64,000 nt of DNA from the human T2T-CHM13v2.0 reference genome, Homo sapiens, in assembly GCF_009914755.1 (NCBI RefSeq), contig NC_060947.1. One strand, given 5' to 3'. The translations under genes and the position numbers were made by a program. The notes under the pieces were generated by a model that was given only the letters and a program-made list of their open reading frames with translations, ran no database searches and was not told the DNA's origin. Positions 15,870-30,765 of the stretch are shown here, piece by piece; position 1 is the first letter of the stretch; each line of letters begins with the position of its first letter.

Positions 15870-16934
15870 TAAAATGATCCTGTGGACTGGTGGGAATTGC
15901 TGCTAATAGGAGAAAAAAATAGCAAGCCCACTGCAAGATAGTTTTTTTTTTTCTCTAGTATAAAAGCAACCTATGACTTAGTGTTGAAGTTAAGGATTGT
16001 CTGGCTATTTATGCTTAGAGACCAGCACATAAATAAGTAAACATGTACAAATGGAGTTATCGCCAAAATATTGACTTAGTAGTTGTATAGTGGTCACAGG
16101 AGTTTATTAATTCCCTTGGTTTGGTGCAAATCACAAAACTAAGTATTTTAATTTTATGAGTTCAGTGGATCTCTATGACATATTCCTTTGAAAACTCAGG
16201 GCTCGGAATTGATTTTTCTCTTGACGATCCAGTATATCCCCACTAGATAGCTTGAGCTAATAATTCATTGAGCTATTTTTTGCCCCAATTCCTGAGAGTC
16301 ATAAGGCAACATTTTGTTTTATATATCCTCTGGCCTTTCTAGTTTGTAGAATATGGAATTCCTTCATTTGTCTTTTTTCTAGGTTAATGGATCAATCATA
16401 TTGTTTTTGTTTTTTCAGAGGAATGTAGGCTATAAATGCCTATATTTTGGATGTGATATGGGTAATTTGGGTACATTAAAGTCTTGCAAAAGTGTTTGCC
16501 GTATTCTTCCCTACATTCATTTTTACTCTTGGATACCTTATCTGGCAACTGTATAGCTAGCATCCTGAGTTCCTGTGGATAGGAAGCGATATCTCTGCAC
16601 CCACTTCCCTTATGATATTTCAAGACCTATCTTTAAAGTTCCAAAAAGATTCTGTCCACAGTGTTGGACTGTGACATTCTGTCTCAGCACCAGGCCCTCA
16701 GTCAGCCTCCAATAACAACAGTTTCTTGGACCCCAAGGAGATGCCATGAAGCCTGGGAAACCTGGCCTGGCTTCAGGTGTTAGAGCCAAGTCTATGCGTG
16801 AGAAATCTAGATGTAAGATGGAATTCTGACATGAATATGGGTCCCTGATTCTAGGTATTATAATTTGTAAGTGAGACTTCCTCAAGGCCTTTGGGTCTTC
16901 TAATTTAATAAGCAAAACTGCTATAAATATCTAG

Positions 16935-17155
16935 TGGTAAAATACATATAAAATTAACTATGTTGACCATTTTATAGTATACAGTTCAGTGGTATTAACT
17001 ACACTCATAATGTTATACAACCATCACCACGATCCATCTCTGTAACTCTTTTCATTTTGTAAAACTGAAACGCTGTACTCATTAACTTCCCATTCCCCGG
17101 CCCCTGGCAACCACCATTCTGCTTTTTGTTTCTATGATTTTGACTACTCTAAGTA
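16935..17155 (-). mobile_element. L1MB-type 3' end
   Basis: tatacagttcagtggtattaa...cccctggcaaccaccattctg signature. Confidence 0.75.
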
Positions 17156-17903
17156 GTGGTATATATTTTTAATTAAGTTTAATAACAAGTATATTTATTG
17201 ATGTGAATTATTTTAAACTTCATCTAATTTTTGATAAACATAGGAAAGTGAATCATGTTCACGTGTTGGAAATTACGGAAATGAAAAATCTAGTTGCATT
17301 TTTGAGATAATTTCTACTCTATATAGTTTTGTTTCTTTGTTTTTAACAAGTTTCTTATTTGAACTATTTAGTGGTATTATATATTTATCTTGTTGCGTAT
17401 CAATTATGAGTCTAAATCAGTAGTGTTTGAACTCAATTTTTAAAAAGAAGCTAAATGCAGTTCCTGAGTTTTCGAAGAAGTCTTACATAAACTGTCATAC
17501 AACACCAGGCAGGTTCTGTGTTTTTAAGGAAGCAAAATGGAATTATTTGAATTTAGCTTTTACCGATCATATGAAAAGTATGGGACATTAAATTTGCATT
17601 TTCCTCCGAGACCGTAAGGCATGAGCTGCAAATTAAAAGATATCATATGAGCCTTGCATCAATTAGGATGAAATAAAGTTTATTCCAGCAATCTGCTTAG
17701 CAGCCTTGTTAATGTCAAGGCTAATGAGTGCTGCTGATGAATAAATTCCTGAAGAAGAAAGGACCCCCAATCGGAGGTAAGTGCATGATGTCTTCAATTA
17801 GAGACTAGAAAAAGAAAGGGCAAAGAAATTCTGTGCGTATGAAGATAAATCCTCTAATTTGCATTTGTTATAACATTATCAGCTGCCTTCTTTTTCTGAC
17901 TAG

Positions 17904-18059
<156 letters not shown>

Positions 18060-18210
18060 TAATTTGGGATAGCTACCAAGGAACACACTATACTTTTTAA
18101 AACAGGAATTGGTTATCTTGTTATGGGAACTTCAGTACATTTTAACTTTGGCACTAAACATCTTTTCCTTTGAATTCAGCATTTTATTTGTAAAAGCCTC
18201 TGGTAGTTTT

Positions 18211-18526
<316 letters not shown>

Positions 18527-19654
18527 GCCTCTGGTAGTTTTTAAAATCATTGGTTAGAATCTAGGGATAGTGAACAAAGACAGCCCATACATGTTACCTT
18601 CACTTTGTCATTCCTGAAGTGATAGCCCTTAGGGCAAGGTTGCATGGTTCAGAAATCGTTGAGTGCTATCATTTAGGAAGAAAATGGGAAGAATGAATGG
18701 AAGGGAGTTGATGTTGGTTGTATAAGAACGCAATATTGCTTGCTGATATCTTGTAATAAAAAAAAAAGGAAAAAAGAAGGCAATAAACTAAGTGCTTTCT
18801 GTGTTAGTTACCTCTCATGACAACTCCAGTTTTATTTTATAGACAGTCTCATAGGGGTAACGTAACTTGTTCTGGATCATGTAAGTAGTAAGGGGAAGAA
18901 CTGAGATTTGAACCCAGGCCTGGGTGACTCTTAAAGCCAATGTGTACTTTTCATTCTGCCTGCTTGCTTCATGTATGGAGGTTTTGGCAGTTTTTGTATG
19001 AAGCACCTTCTTCCTAAACCTGATACTGCTCAGTGCTTGAAATCTTATTTTACTTAAAGCTTATAAATAAAATGGACATGTTGCCTCATCAGATAAGTTA
19101 GGAATCTGTACCTTTTTCGTAATGTTCTCTAGAGGATTCTGCCACTACAGATCAAAGTTGGGGCCACTGCTCTTGCTTCTTTTCTTATTCATATCTTTAA
19201 GGTGGTAGAGTTGTTATTAGCACTTCATCTGAACACTTGCTTAGCTTTTTACCCCCTTCAAGATTTTCTTTATGTGGCATCTTCTCAGTGAGGTATACCC
19301 CATTACCCTATTTAAGATGGCAGTCCCCCCGTATTCCTTGTACCCCTCACCCTGCTGTTTTCCCATTTTCCATCCACTTGTTACCTCCTAAAACTATATA
19401 ATTTCTTGTTTATGATGTCTGTTTTTTATTATACATTTCAAATGAGGCCAGGAATCCTTTCTGTTTTGATCACTGCTGTATCCTGAGTGCCTAGAATAAT
19501 GTCAGATACATAGTAAATGTTCAAAAATATTTGATTGATGTATGGAAGAATGAGAGTTTTATCATAATTTTGGGCCAGCTTCAAAATAGGTTAGAAAGAA
19601 ATGTTCTCAGTGTCTGCTCTTTCATGAAGTTTGCTTTTTGTTCCCATCTTGTAG

Positions 19655-19864
<210 letters not shown>

Positions 19865-20169
19865 TGAAATTAACAACAGCAGGACACTACTAGTACTATC
19901 CTTAGTCTGGAGGGACATGAGCCAGTGGTGTTGTAGAGGGGAAATTGTCTCTACTACTTTCATAATTTGAACTAGTTTACCTCTTGAATTATTGTAATTG
20001 ATCAGTTTATCTCCGTCTCCCTCACCTGTGTTAACACTATCTTGATGTTTCCTAACAGTAGTTTGGATTTAGATTTCTACTCTTAATTCATTTATTCAGG
20101 AATTAGGGTAGATATTTTAGAAATATAAAAACTGAGCAATCATTAAGTTAGAGGTATTGCTTGCTTATT

Positions 20170-21335
20170 TCTTCCTCCTACTCCTCTGGCCATCTCTCAT
20201 TCATTCCTGCTAGTTCTTCCTGAGTTCTTTCTTGGACTTCTCTTTTCTGACTTTGTTCTTTCTCTAGGTGATCTCATTGAGTCTTAGGAATTTAAATACC
20301 ATGGGATGGCTATGCTTCCCACCTGTGTATCTTCAGGTTAGACCTCCCTAAATTCCACACTCAGTGTATCTGTTTTACCTATTTTACTTGATATCTAATG
20401 TGAACTCCCAGCTTGTTCAAAATTGAGCTCTGATCTTCTATCCTAGGTTCTTCCTATAGTCTTTCCTTACTAAATTAATAGGTGTATTTTTTCCATTATC
20501 ACTGGAAACTTCCAGAGTCTTACTTAGCCCCACATGTCTGAGGCATCTTTAATTCCTCTCTCTGATATCCCACAGTAGATGCATCAGGGTATCCTATCAG
20601 TTCTATCTTCTAAATAGATCTAAGTCTGACCACTTCTTTTCAACTGCATTGGACCCATCCTATCCAAGCTGCTATCCTCTTTCCCCTGGATTACTGGGTT
20701 TATATGCCTATCCCCTTACTTTTGCCCTTACCCCCTTGTGGTCGATTCTCAATCCAGAATCAGAGTTATCCTGCTAAAATCAAGTCAGATGTGATACTCT
20801 GCTCAGAACCTTCCAGTGACTCTCTGTTTCATTCAGAGTAAAAACTAAAGTCCTTATTTTTACTTACAAGGTCCTTTACAATGTGTCTCTATGTCGTTAA
20901 CTCTGTCCTTATCTCGTACTGCTCTTTCCATCATTCTCTCTGATCTAGCCATATTGGCCTCTTTCCTAGTCCTGGAACTGTCAGATTTGCACGCAGCTCA
21001 GGACTTTTGAATGTGCTATCCTGTCTGCCTGGAATGCTCTTTCCATAAGGCTTGCTCCCTCACCTCTTCAAGATCTTCATTCTCAGTAAAATCTTCCACT
21101 GTTTCCTAACAAAAATTTCAGTCTCTGCTTCTGATACTTAATATTCCCGTTGCTTAACTTTTAACATTATATAACATACTATATACTTAATTTCTTTGTT
21201 TTTTTTTATACTCTGTCTCCCCCGTGAGGACATAAGCTCCAGGAGGATAGGAAGTTTTGTTTGTTTTGGTCACAGCCAATGCCTGGCATATAGTAAGCAT
21301 GCAATACATACTCACTGGATGGAATGAATGAAAGG
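20170..21335 (+). mobile_element. L2 3' region (another L2 piece at ~19240-19550)
   Basis: gcctggcatatagtaagc...gaatgaatgaa tail. Confidence 0.75.
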
Positions 21336-21391
21336 ATTTAGGTAGTTTTCAGGCTTGTAGTTATTATATTACTTCAGTTTTTCCTTATGGG

Positions 21392-21395
<4 letters not shown>

Positions 21396-21443
<48 letters not shown>

Positions 21444-21450
21444 TGTGTGT
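21396..21450. repeat. (TG)n microsatellite with internal (CG)3
   Basis: 55 nt of unbroken purine-pyrimidine alternation. Confidence 0.97.
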
Positions 21451-21625
21451 TTTGGAGAAAAGCATTGGGATCAGTGGTATGAATGAATTCCTAGTTACAT
21501 ACTGACCTTATTTTAAATTGTTTCTGAAGCCAAGGTGCTGTTGCTCTGAATTTACTTACACCCAGAATTCCTTATAATATTTTGTGAAGTTCTGATTATA
21601 GGCATTGTTTCTTTTAATTACTTGA

Positions 21626-21796
<171 letters not shown>

Positions 21797-22280
21797 TAGA
21801 AAGGGGGAAAAAGCATTTCCTGTTGGATTCAGTGTTTGCTTGGGGTAGTTGTTATATGATAATGAGTCTAAATGCATGCTTATAAAATGAGTAACTTGGA
21901 TTCTGAAAGCTGGATTTCTTTTGTAAAAGGAAGAACTGGTTGGGAGAAGGGGAGGAATGCCAGGTGCAGCGTGTTGAAATTTGGGTGAACATACGGATCA
22001 TCTCTCTAACATCTGGATGTGTCTTTTTAGTGGAATGGTCCATTTGGGAGTAAATAAATAGCCAAGTTGTCAATATTTTAAGCTCTCTTTGTCTCCTTTA
22101 GCTATAATGCTTAAAGAAAACGTTAGGAATAATTTAGTACCTTTTTTTTTTTAAAAAAAAAGCAGACCGTTATTAGGAATAGTTTTGAAGGAGGTGCTGT
22201 GACTAAACTTACTGACTCAAAGTTGCTTTTGTTAGTTGTGGTTTTGAGCTCAAATTTAAAAAATAAATTCCATTTAATAG

Positions 22281-22460
<180 letters not shown>

Positions 22461-23508
22461 TAGATAGCCTTTTTTTTCTGTGATAACATCTGCTTTCAAA
22501 ATAGCTAATCCCTTGTGTACTAAAGAAACCGTGTCAAGTTTATTCCCTTGTTTTTGTGTGGTCATTTCCTTTTCCACTTTGTAAAAGGAAAATGCACTTT
22601 GTGCAGACAAAATTATTTGTGAAATGTGAAATTCTTTGAGGGAAGCATTAGACCTCTCTGATGGGTGACCATACATGGAATGTGTTCTGGCACCTCAGCC
22701 CTATCCAAAGATAAATGCCAGTTAAACTTTTTATTTTCTTAAACCTATGAGCCTTTATTTTTGTGTTGCATTTTTCTGTACTAGTATGACCAAGGTCACC
22801 CACAGTCAGGTTTCTGAAGTAGCCTCCATCACTTTGGAACTAAAACTTAGTTTAGCTACTGTTTTATTAGCACTGATATTAATTAATTCAGAAATGGGAA
22901 TTGAATGTTAGAATTTGATTCAGGTTCTCATATTTGCTTGTTTTTTAATGTACATTATCAAAATTGGTATAGGGCATATTCATTTAGAGGACTTTAACTT
23001 CTGCTGAGGTATTGAATGTTGGCCAGTAATAAACTACTTAGGAATGGATTTTCAGTATATGGATGTACTTGTTTTATGGTGTCCATATTAATAATAGGGA
23101 TAATGATAATACCTGCATGAAGTATTTTATGTTTTTACATCACGAATGTTAGAGTAGTGATTTTAAGAGGGCTGTTTTATAATCTCAAATTTTATATAAC
23201 ATGAAAAGTGGTATTTTTCAATATTCATTGATTTAAAAATATGAAATTCTGTAAATTCAAAAACACATAAAAATAGAATTTTCATATTTGTTAACTCAGG
23301 ATATAGTATTTGTTTAAGAAATTACTATGCTTGGGATTCATTTGGATTCGTGAACATATTACAATAACTGTCTTTCCCAACAGATAGGACCACTAACTGA
23401 AATGTTTGTTAGAACTAAGTCCTGCAATTGGAAAAGAGAGAATCATCAAAATTTTAAATTAGTTAATTAGTTGCTGGCTGGTGAAGTTATCTTTCCATTT
23501 GATATTAG

Positions 23509-23622
<114 letters not shown>

Positions 23623-23784
23623 TGAATTGGTTTTCTCCCAGTATTAAGGAATTTCTTAATGTGGATCTAGGCTTGAGAAACTAGAAGACTGAATTATATC
23701 TTATAGATCAGCGAATAGGTCTCATGACTTTTATCTTTCGTTCACGTGAAAATCTTGGTTGCCAGTCACCTGACATAGACTTAA

Positions 23785-23980
23785 TGTGAATTTTGTTATG
23801 CTGTGTTCCAATAAAATATTATTTATAGACATTGAAATTTAAATTTCATATAGTTTTCATATGTCATGAAATATTGTTTTTGATTTTTTTCCAGCCATTT
23901 AAAAATGTAAAAACCATACTTAAGCTCATGGGTGGTACAAAAATAAGTAGGTTGGATTTGGTCTGTAGCCGTAGTTTGTC
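23785..23980. mobile_element. MER58B fragment
   Basis: tgtgttccaataaaa...ccatttaaaaatgtaaaaaccat...ggatttggtctg. Confidence 0.7.
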
Positions 23981-24091
23981 TAATACATAGATAGCTGTCC
24001 AGTACATAGATAGCTGTTTGTCCTGACCAGTTCAGTTGACAGCAAAGTTGAAGGACGTGCAGACAATAACCACCAAATTTAACTTTAATAG

Positions 24092-24350
<259 letters not shown>

Positions 24351-24719
24351 TATAAAAAAACATTTCAACCCTTCCCAAGTGTACAGTTCAGCAGTAGTGT
24401 TAAGAATATTCACATTGCTGTGAAGGAATTAATGTGAATTTTATCTAATAAGTTAGTTCTGAGTAGGAAACATTTTTGACAAAAGTGATTTTGTTATTAG
24501 TTATAATGAAATGGAGCAGTAGTACTTGGTGTTATGTAGGTCTGGGTTTGAATTCAGTGTGATCTTGGGCTGCCTGTTTAACCTCTGTAAGCCTCAGTTT
24601 CTTCTGTAAAATAGAGTTAAGAGTAATATCTACCACACAGGGATTTAAGGATAAATTAGTATAGTGCTGGACACAGAATAAACTATCCTATATGTTTGCA
24701 ATTATTATTGTCTTAATAG

Positions 24720-24849
24720 TGGACATTTATTTTTATTCAGTTTCTTCTCAAGGTGAAGATAACTCTTTGTAAATGTCCTACAGAAATATAGTAGCTTTCT
24801 GTTCTTCCTTTGCAAGTAAAAAGGGTGGGTCGTTCCACTACTGACATTT
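24720..24849 (+). ncRNA. SCARNA23: Box H/ACA small Cajal-body RNA SCARNA23 (ACA12), guide for U6 Psi40
   Basis: Hairpin 1 GGACATTTA/TAAATGTCC; H box ACAGAA at 24780-85; hairpin 2 TAGTAG/CTACTG; ACA at 24844-46 plus 3 nt. Pocket arms TCGTTCCA (24830-37) and TTTCTG (24796-801) pair with U6 nt 32-39 and 42-47, 14 nt from ACA. Known POLA1-hosted scaRNA. Confidence 0.93.
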
Positions 24850-24950
24850 ATATATATGTGTCTCTTGTTTGATTTTAGCTCAGTTTTTGTACAGGTAAAT
24901 GTGCCGTCCATTTTATTTTTTGAAGCTGTTGTAAAAGAATAAATTACTCT

Positions 24951-25255
24951 ACCAGGCGCGGTGGCTCACGCCTGTAATTTCAGCACTTTGGGAGGCTGAG
25001 GCAGGCAGATCACGAGGTCAGGAGATCGAGACCGTCCTGGCCAACATGGTGAAGCCCCATCTCTACTAAAATATAAAAAATTAGCCGAGCACGGTGTTGC
25101 GCGCCTGTAGTCCCAGCTATTCGGGAGGCTGAGGCAAGGGGACTCACTTGAACCCGGGAGGCAGAGGTTGCGGTGAGCTGAGATTGCGCCATGGCACTCC
25201 ATCCTGGAGACAGAGTGAGACTCTGACTCAAAAAAAAAAATAAAAATAAAAATAA
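24951..25255 (+). mobile_element. AluS/Sc-like, sense
   Basis: Full Alu; degenerate TSD aataaa(tt/cc)actc. Confidence 0.92.
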
Positions 25256-25677
25256 ACCACTCACTTGGTTTTATTTGGGGTGGGGGGTGGGAGAGTAGGT
25301 AGGAGGATTCTTCAAAGAATTCTTGCTTTGAAGGAGAGTTGAACATTTTTTTTTTTTTAATGGATGTGACACGTCTCAGATAGCTGATTGGGAAGGTATT
25401 TGCTCATAATAATGGTGTGCTTTGGGGACAGCTGGGGAAAGGACTGGTTGTAGCTGGTTCTAAAGAGAGACAGGATCTTTTTCTCCCTCTTCTTTTGTGA
25501 TCTGGCTTTTCACTAATCCGCATCATTTTATGAAATGGTAGTTGATTCTTTTTTTCCCTTTTTGTCTGTTTCACAGCTCTGGGTAGTGTATATGGATAGT
25601 ATATAGTTTCTAATATACTTACAGTGCTTTTAATAATGATGTTTTGACAATTCTGCTTTTCTTTAGACTTTTTATGA

Positions 25678-25830
<153 letters not shown>

Positions 25831-25889
25831 TAACCTGGGACTCTTGAAATTGAGTTTAAAAAAATTGCTTAAAGAAGGAAGATCTGTGT

Positions 25890-26320
25890 CTTTTTAAAAT
25901 AGTTTTATTGTGGTATTATTCATATACCATATACTTCACCTGTTTGAAGTGTGTAGTTCAGTGGCTTTTAGTGTATTCCCAGAGTTTGCAACCATCATCA
26001 CAATGAGTTTTAGGATATTTTCATTATTCCCCAAAGAAACCTTTTAGCTGTCACCTCCCTCAATCCCCATCCCTTCCACCTCTAGGCAACTACTAATCTT
26101 TTTGCTTTTATAGATTTGTGTATTCTGGACGTCTCATATAAATAGAATCATACATTATATGGCCTTTCGGTATCTGGCTTATTTCACTTATAATGTTTTC
26201 AAGGTTCATCCATTTTGTAGAATGTACTAGTACTTTATTCGTTTGTGTTGCTGAATAATATTCCATTTTATATGCGTGTGTGGTGTATGTGTAGGTGTAT
26301 ACACATACACCACATTTTGT
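25890..26320 (-). mobile_element. L1MB-type 3' end
   Basis: aagtgtgtagttcagtgg...ggttcatccat...gctgaataatattccatt. Confidence 0.75.
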
Positions 26321-27369
26321 TCTTTTTTGTAATTTTTTTTAATACATGGCAGAAGATGTCTGTTTGCCCTCTAGCTCCTGAATTTATATGTCAGTTCTCA
26401 CCGCAAGCTTAGGACCTGTTTTTCAATCCCAATTTCATATTCCCAGAAGAGAGAATCTGATAGGTTTGCCTAGGTTGGTGAGCACCCCAGGTCCCCGTTA
26501 CCTGTGACCACAAGAGTAGGTTCACAGGGCACGGATCTGGCTGCTAAGGGTGGACCTTTCTGTGGGACTAGTGGATACTTTTACAGAGAAGATACTGGGT
26601 AGACATCCCCAAAAGGTATGACTGCATTCAATTAATATTTGAGCTCTGTTCTGCTACTGTGCCAGCATGGTGATAATTAATATTATTTAGCCTCTGCCCA
26701 CCACCATTTTGCTTATTGGAGCTTTCCAGCTTGGATTCTGGATATATAATAGAATCATTTTAGAGTTGGAAGGGACCTCAGAGGTCATCTAAGAAATACT
26801 ATACATGTAGCAATTTATAGATCTGAATCATTTTCATACATGGTACCTCAGAACAGTTAGTGTCACACAGGTAGTAGTTGTAGAGCTAGGAGTGGATTGT
26901 AAACTTCCTGACTCCACATCTTTCAGTTTACTTTTTATCTGACTTTCATAGTTGCTGTAAATAAATTAGAATGTGTACCAGGATCTCTTTAATAGATTTA
27001 CTATCATCATCTGTTATATTGGAAAACAGTAGGTCCCTATTACTATTGTAACAGTGTTCACTTGAAGATATTGATCTCTATAAAATCAGATGCTTTGTAA
27101 AGGCTAGGTTATCAAATGGCATTGACTTGATGTACTTTAAACCAAGAGGTTTATTTTTAATTCTGAACCTTTGAAAGGGCAAATGTGCCTGGCTTTTTTC
27201 TTTGTAGCTGTTAATAGAATTTACGGAGGCTAGGGAAAAATGGTCTAATGCTTCCCCTGCTTTTTCTTCCTGTAAATTTTAATATAAGAAGACTGCTGGT
27301 TGCTTTTCTGAAATGTTGCTATTCTTCTGCCGATTGCATAGCAATTTATAGGTAAAAGGTACTACATAA

Positions 27370-27786
<417 letters not shown>

Positions 27787-28011
27787 TAGTCTACAGCATT
27801 TACAATAACTGCTATGATTCTCCATAGTTTTAAAATTCTATAGCATTTTGTTTGGTAGTAAAATGATTTAAAATAGTAGTTTAGCTGCTAGTTATTTTGT
27901 TTTTTTAATCCTGGAGGTCTGTCTTAGTGTTTGTATTTTAAAAACAATTTCCCCAAACATGTTGTTCTCCAGTTTTGTTGAAGAGAGATAGCATGTGTAA
28001 AAATGTATCCC

Positions 28012-28312
<301 letters not shown>

Positions 28313-28568
28313 AAATGTATCCCTTTAAATGAAATCTAAATTTGTGTCTAACTACAGGGGTGGGAGATATTGGGAATGACAGCCTAATATAATTGGGAGA
28401 GAAGAGGGCAATCATGACCTGTTCTACAACCCTCTCAGCTCTTTCTTATACTACTCATGCATTATTGACCTTGTATAAGATAATAGCTTTTCAAGATGTG
28501 ATCATGGGGGAAAGCTCCTATAAAATATTACTGTAGAAATTTATTTCGCAAAAGTTTGATTTGTGTGA

Positions 28569-28805
<237 letters not shown>

Positions 28806-29094
28806 TAAACAGGATGCTGGGCAATTGCAGGTACTTATTTTAAGTTTGTGGATAGGTGACCATTTAAAAATACTAGAGTGCCTCAGAATGGAAGCCACCT
28901 TTGTTTACAAAGATTGTATCTGAGCAAGATACTTCTGGCTCCTGGGAGCTTTGGAGTCTGTGTTTACTTGCTGCTTCTAGGAGGTTAGGGAATCATGGAT
29001 CCAGGAGAATGGGTTGAGTATATTAATTCTTTTTTATTCAGGGATATTGAGGGTTTCCCTTTTTATTGGAGATCTAGAAAGACATCTAATGTAA

Positions 29095-29424
<330 letters not shown>

Positions 29425-29439
29425 TAAATAAGGTTTCAT

Positions 29440-30050
29440 TAATTCGTGTGTGTGTGTATTTATTATTGAACATCTACTGCATGCCAGGCATTGTTCTAGG
29501 TTCTCAGGATAGAGTGTCAAGCAAGACCTAAACGATCCCTGTTATGAGGCTTACATTCTACCCAGAATGGGAGGGGTTTGGGGTTGGGGACGACATGGGT
29601 TGGGAATGTGGGGTGGTGAGAGGGTGGTTTGGGAAAACAGACTTTAAATAAGTAAATAAACATGTATAAGAAATAACAGAAAATATGATAGAAGTAAATG
29701 CTCTGTAGATAATTAAAACAGGATGGTGGGCTAGAGAATGTTTGGATGGCTGGTTTAGATTGGTCAGGGAAGGCTTCTTTGAGGAGGTGACATGAATGAG
29801 AATGACTTAAGAGAGTTTTTTTTTGCTGATGGATTAGCTTGGAGTGTGAGTGAAAGGTAGAAATCAGGAGGATAACTAGTAGAGCCTTTTACTAAGATGG
29901 AGGAAACTGGGAAAGAAGGATTAAGAATTCTGTCATGGATGTGTTGCCTTTGGCATGAGTAATAGAATTCCAGACATAATAAGGAGGCCATTGGATGTAT
30001 AGATCCAGAATTCCAGGAATACATCAAGACAGGAGTTATGGATTGAGAGT
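29440..30050 (-). mobile_element. L2 fragment
   Basis: tattgaacatctactgcatgccaggcattgttctagg...gtcagggaaggcttc. Confidence 0.7.
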
Positions 30051-30303
30051 TATTGGCTTTAATAAGATGGGCCAGATACCAAATAGAATTTAGGTACATC
30101 ACTTTATGGACACTGTAAGCTTCAACTGTTTTAGTACTATGTGCATGGGTTTTTCTTAATTTGTAAAAGAATAGTTACGCTGAATATTAAATTCCATTTA
30201 ACTCCCTGTCTGTGGGTTTAAGACTATTTAGCCTTAAAGGAGGTAGGTAGTGGTCATGGGAAAAATGCTTATATTGGGGGGTCTGTACTCTGAATGCTCT
30301 AGA

Positions 30304-30765
30304 GCAGTGGTTGGCAAATGATGGCCATCGGGGCAAATGCAGCCTGCCATCTATTTTTGTAAATAATGTTCTATTGGAACAGAGCTAAACTCATTTATTT
30401 ATGTATCATCTGTGGCTGCTTTTGTATTACGAGAGCAGAGCTGAGTAGAAAAGATGGAGGCTCACATGGCCCGCAAAGCCTGATATATTTACTCTCTGGT
30501 CTTTTTTAGAAAAAAAGTTTGCTGACCTCTGCTTTAGAGTTTAGATCAACTCTGTCCAGTAGAACTTTATGATGATGAAAACGTTCTCCATCTGCACTAT
30601 CCAGTGCTGTAGTCTCTAGCCACAAGTGGCCAGTGAGCACTTGGTATCTGGCTGGTGCCAACTAGCTGAGGAACTGGATTTTTAGATTGCTTTAATTATA
30701 ATTAAAATGAATTTAAACTTAAATAGACAAATGTAGCTAGTGGCTACTGTGTTGGACAGTGCAGA
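30304..30765 (+). mobile_element. Adjacent MER58A (~30304-30531) and MER3 (~30549-30765)
   Basis: Both consensus cores and TIR-like ends are visible. Confidence 0.8.

Noticed and set aside
23983-24017. Direct repeat TACATAGATAGCTGT x2
   Set aside because: Simple local slippage duplication; two units only, not an array.
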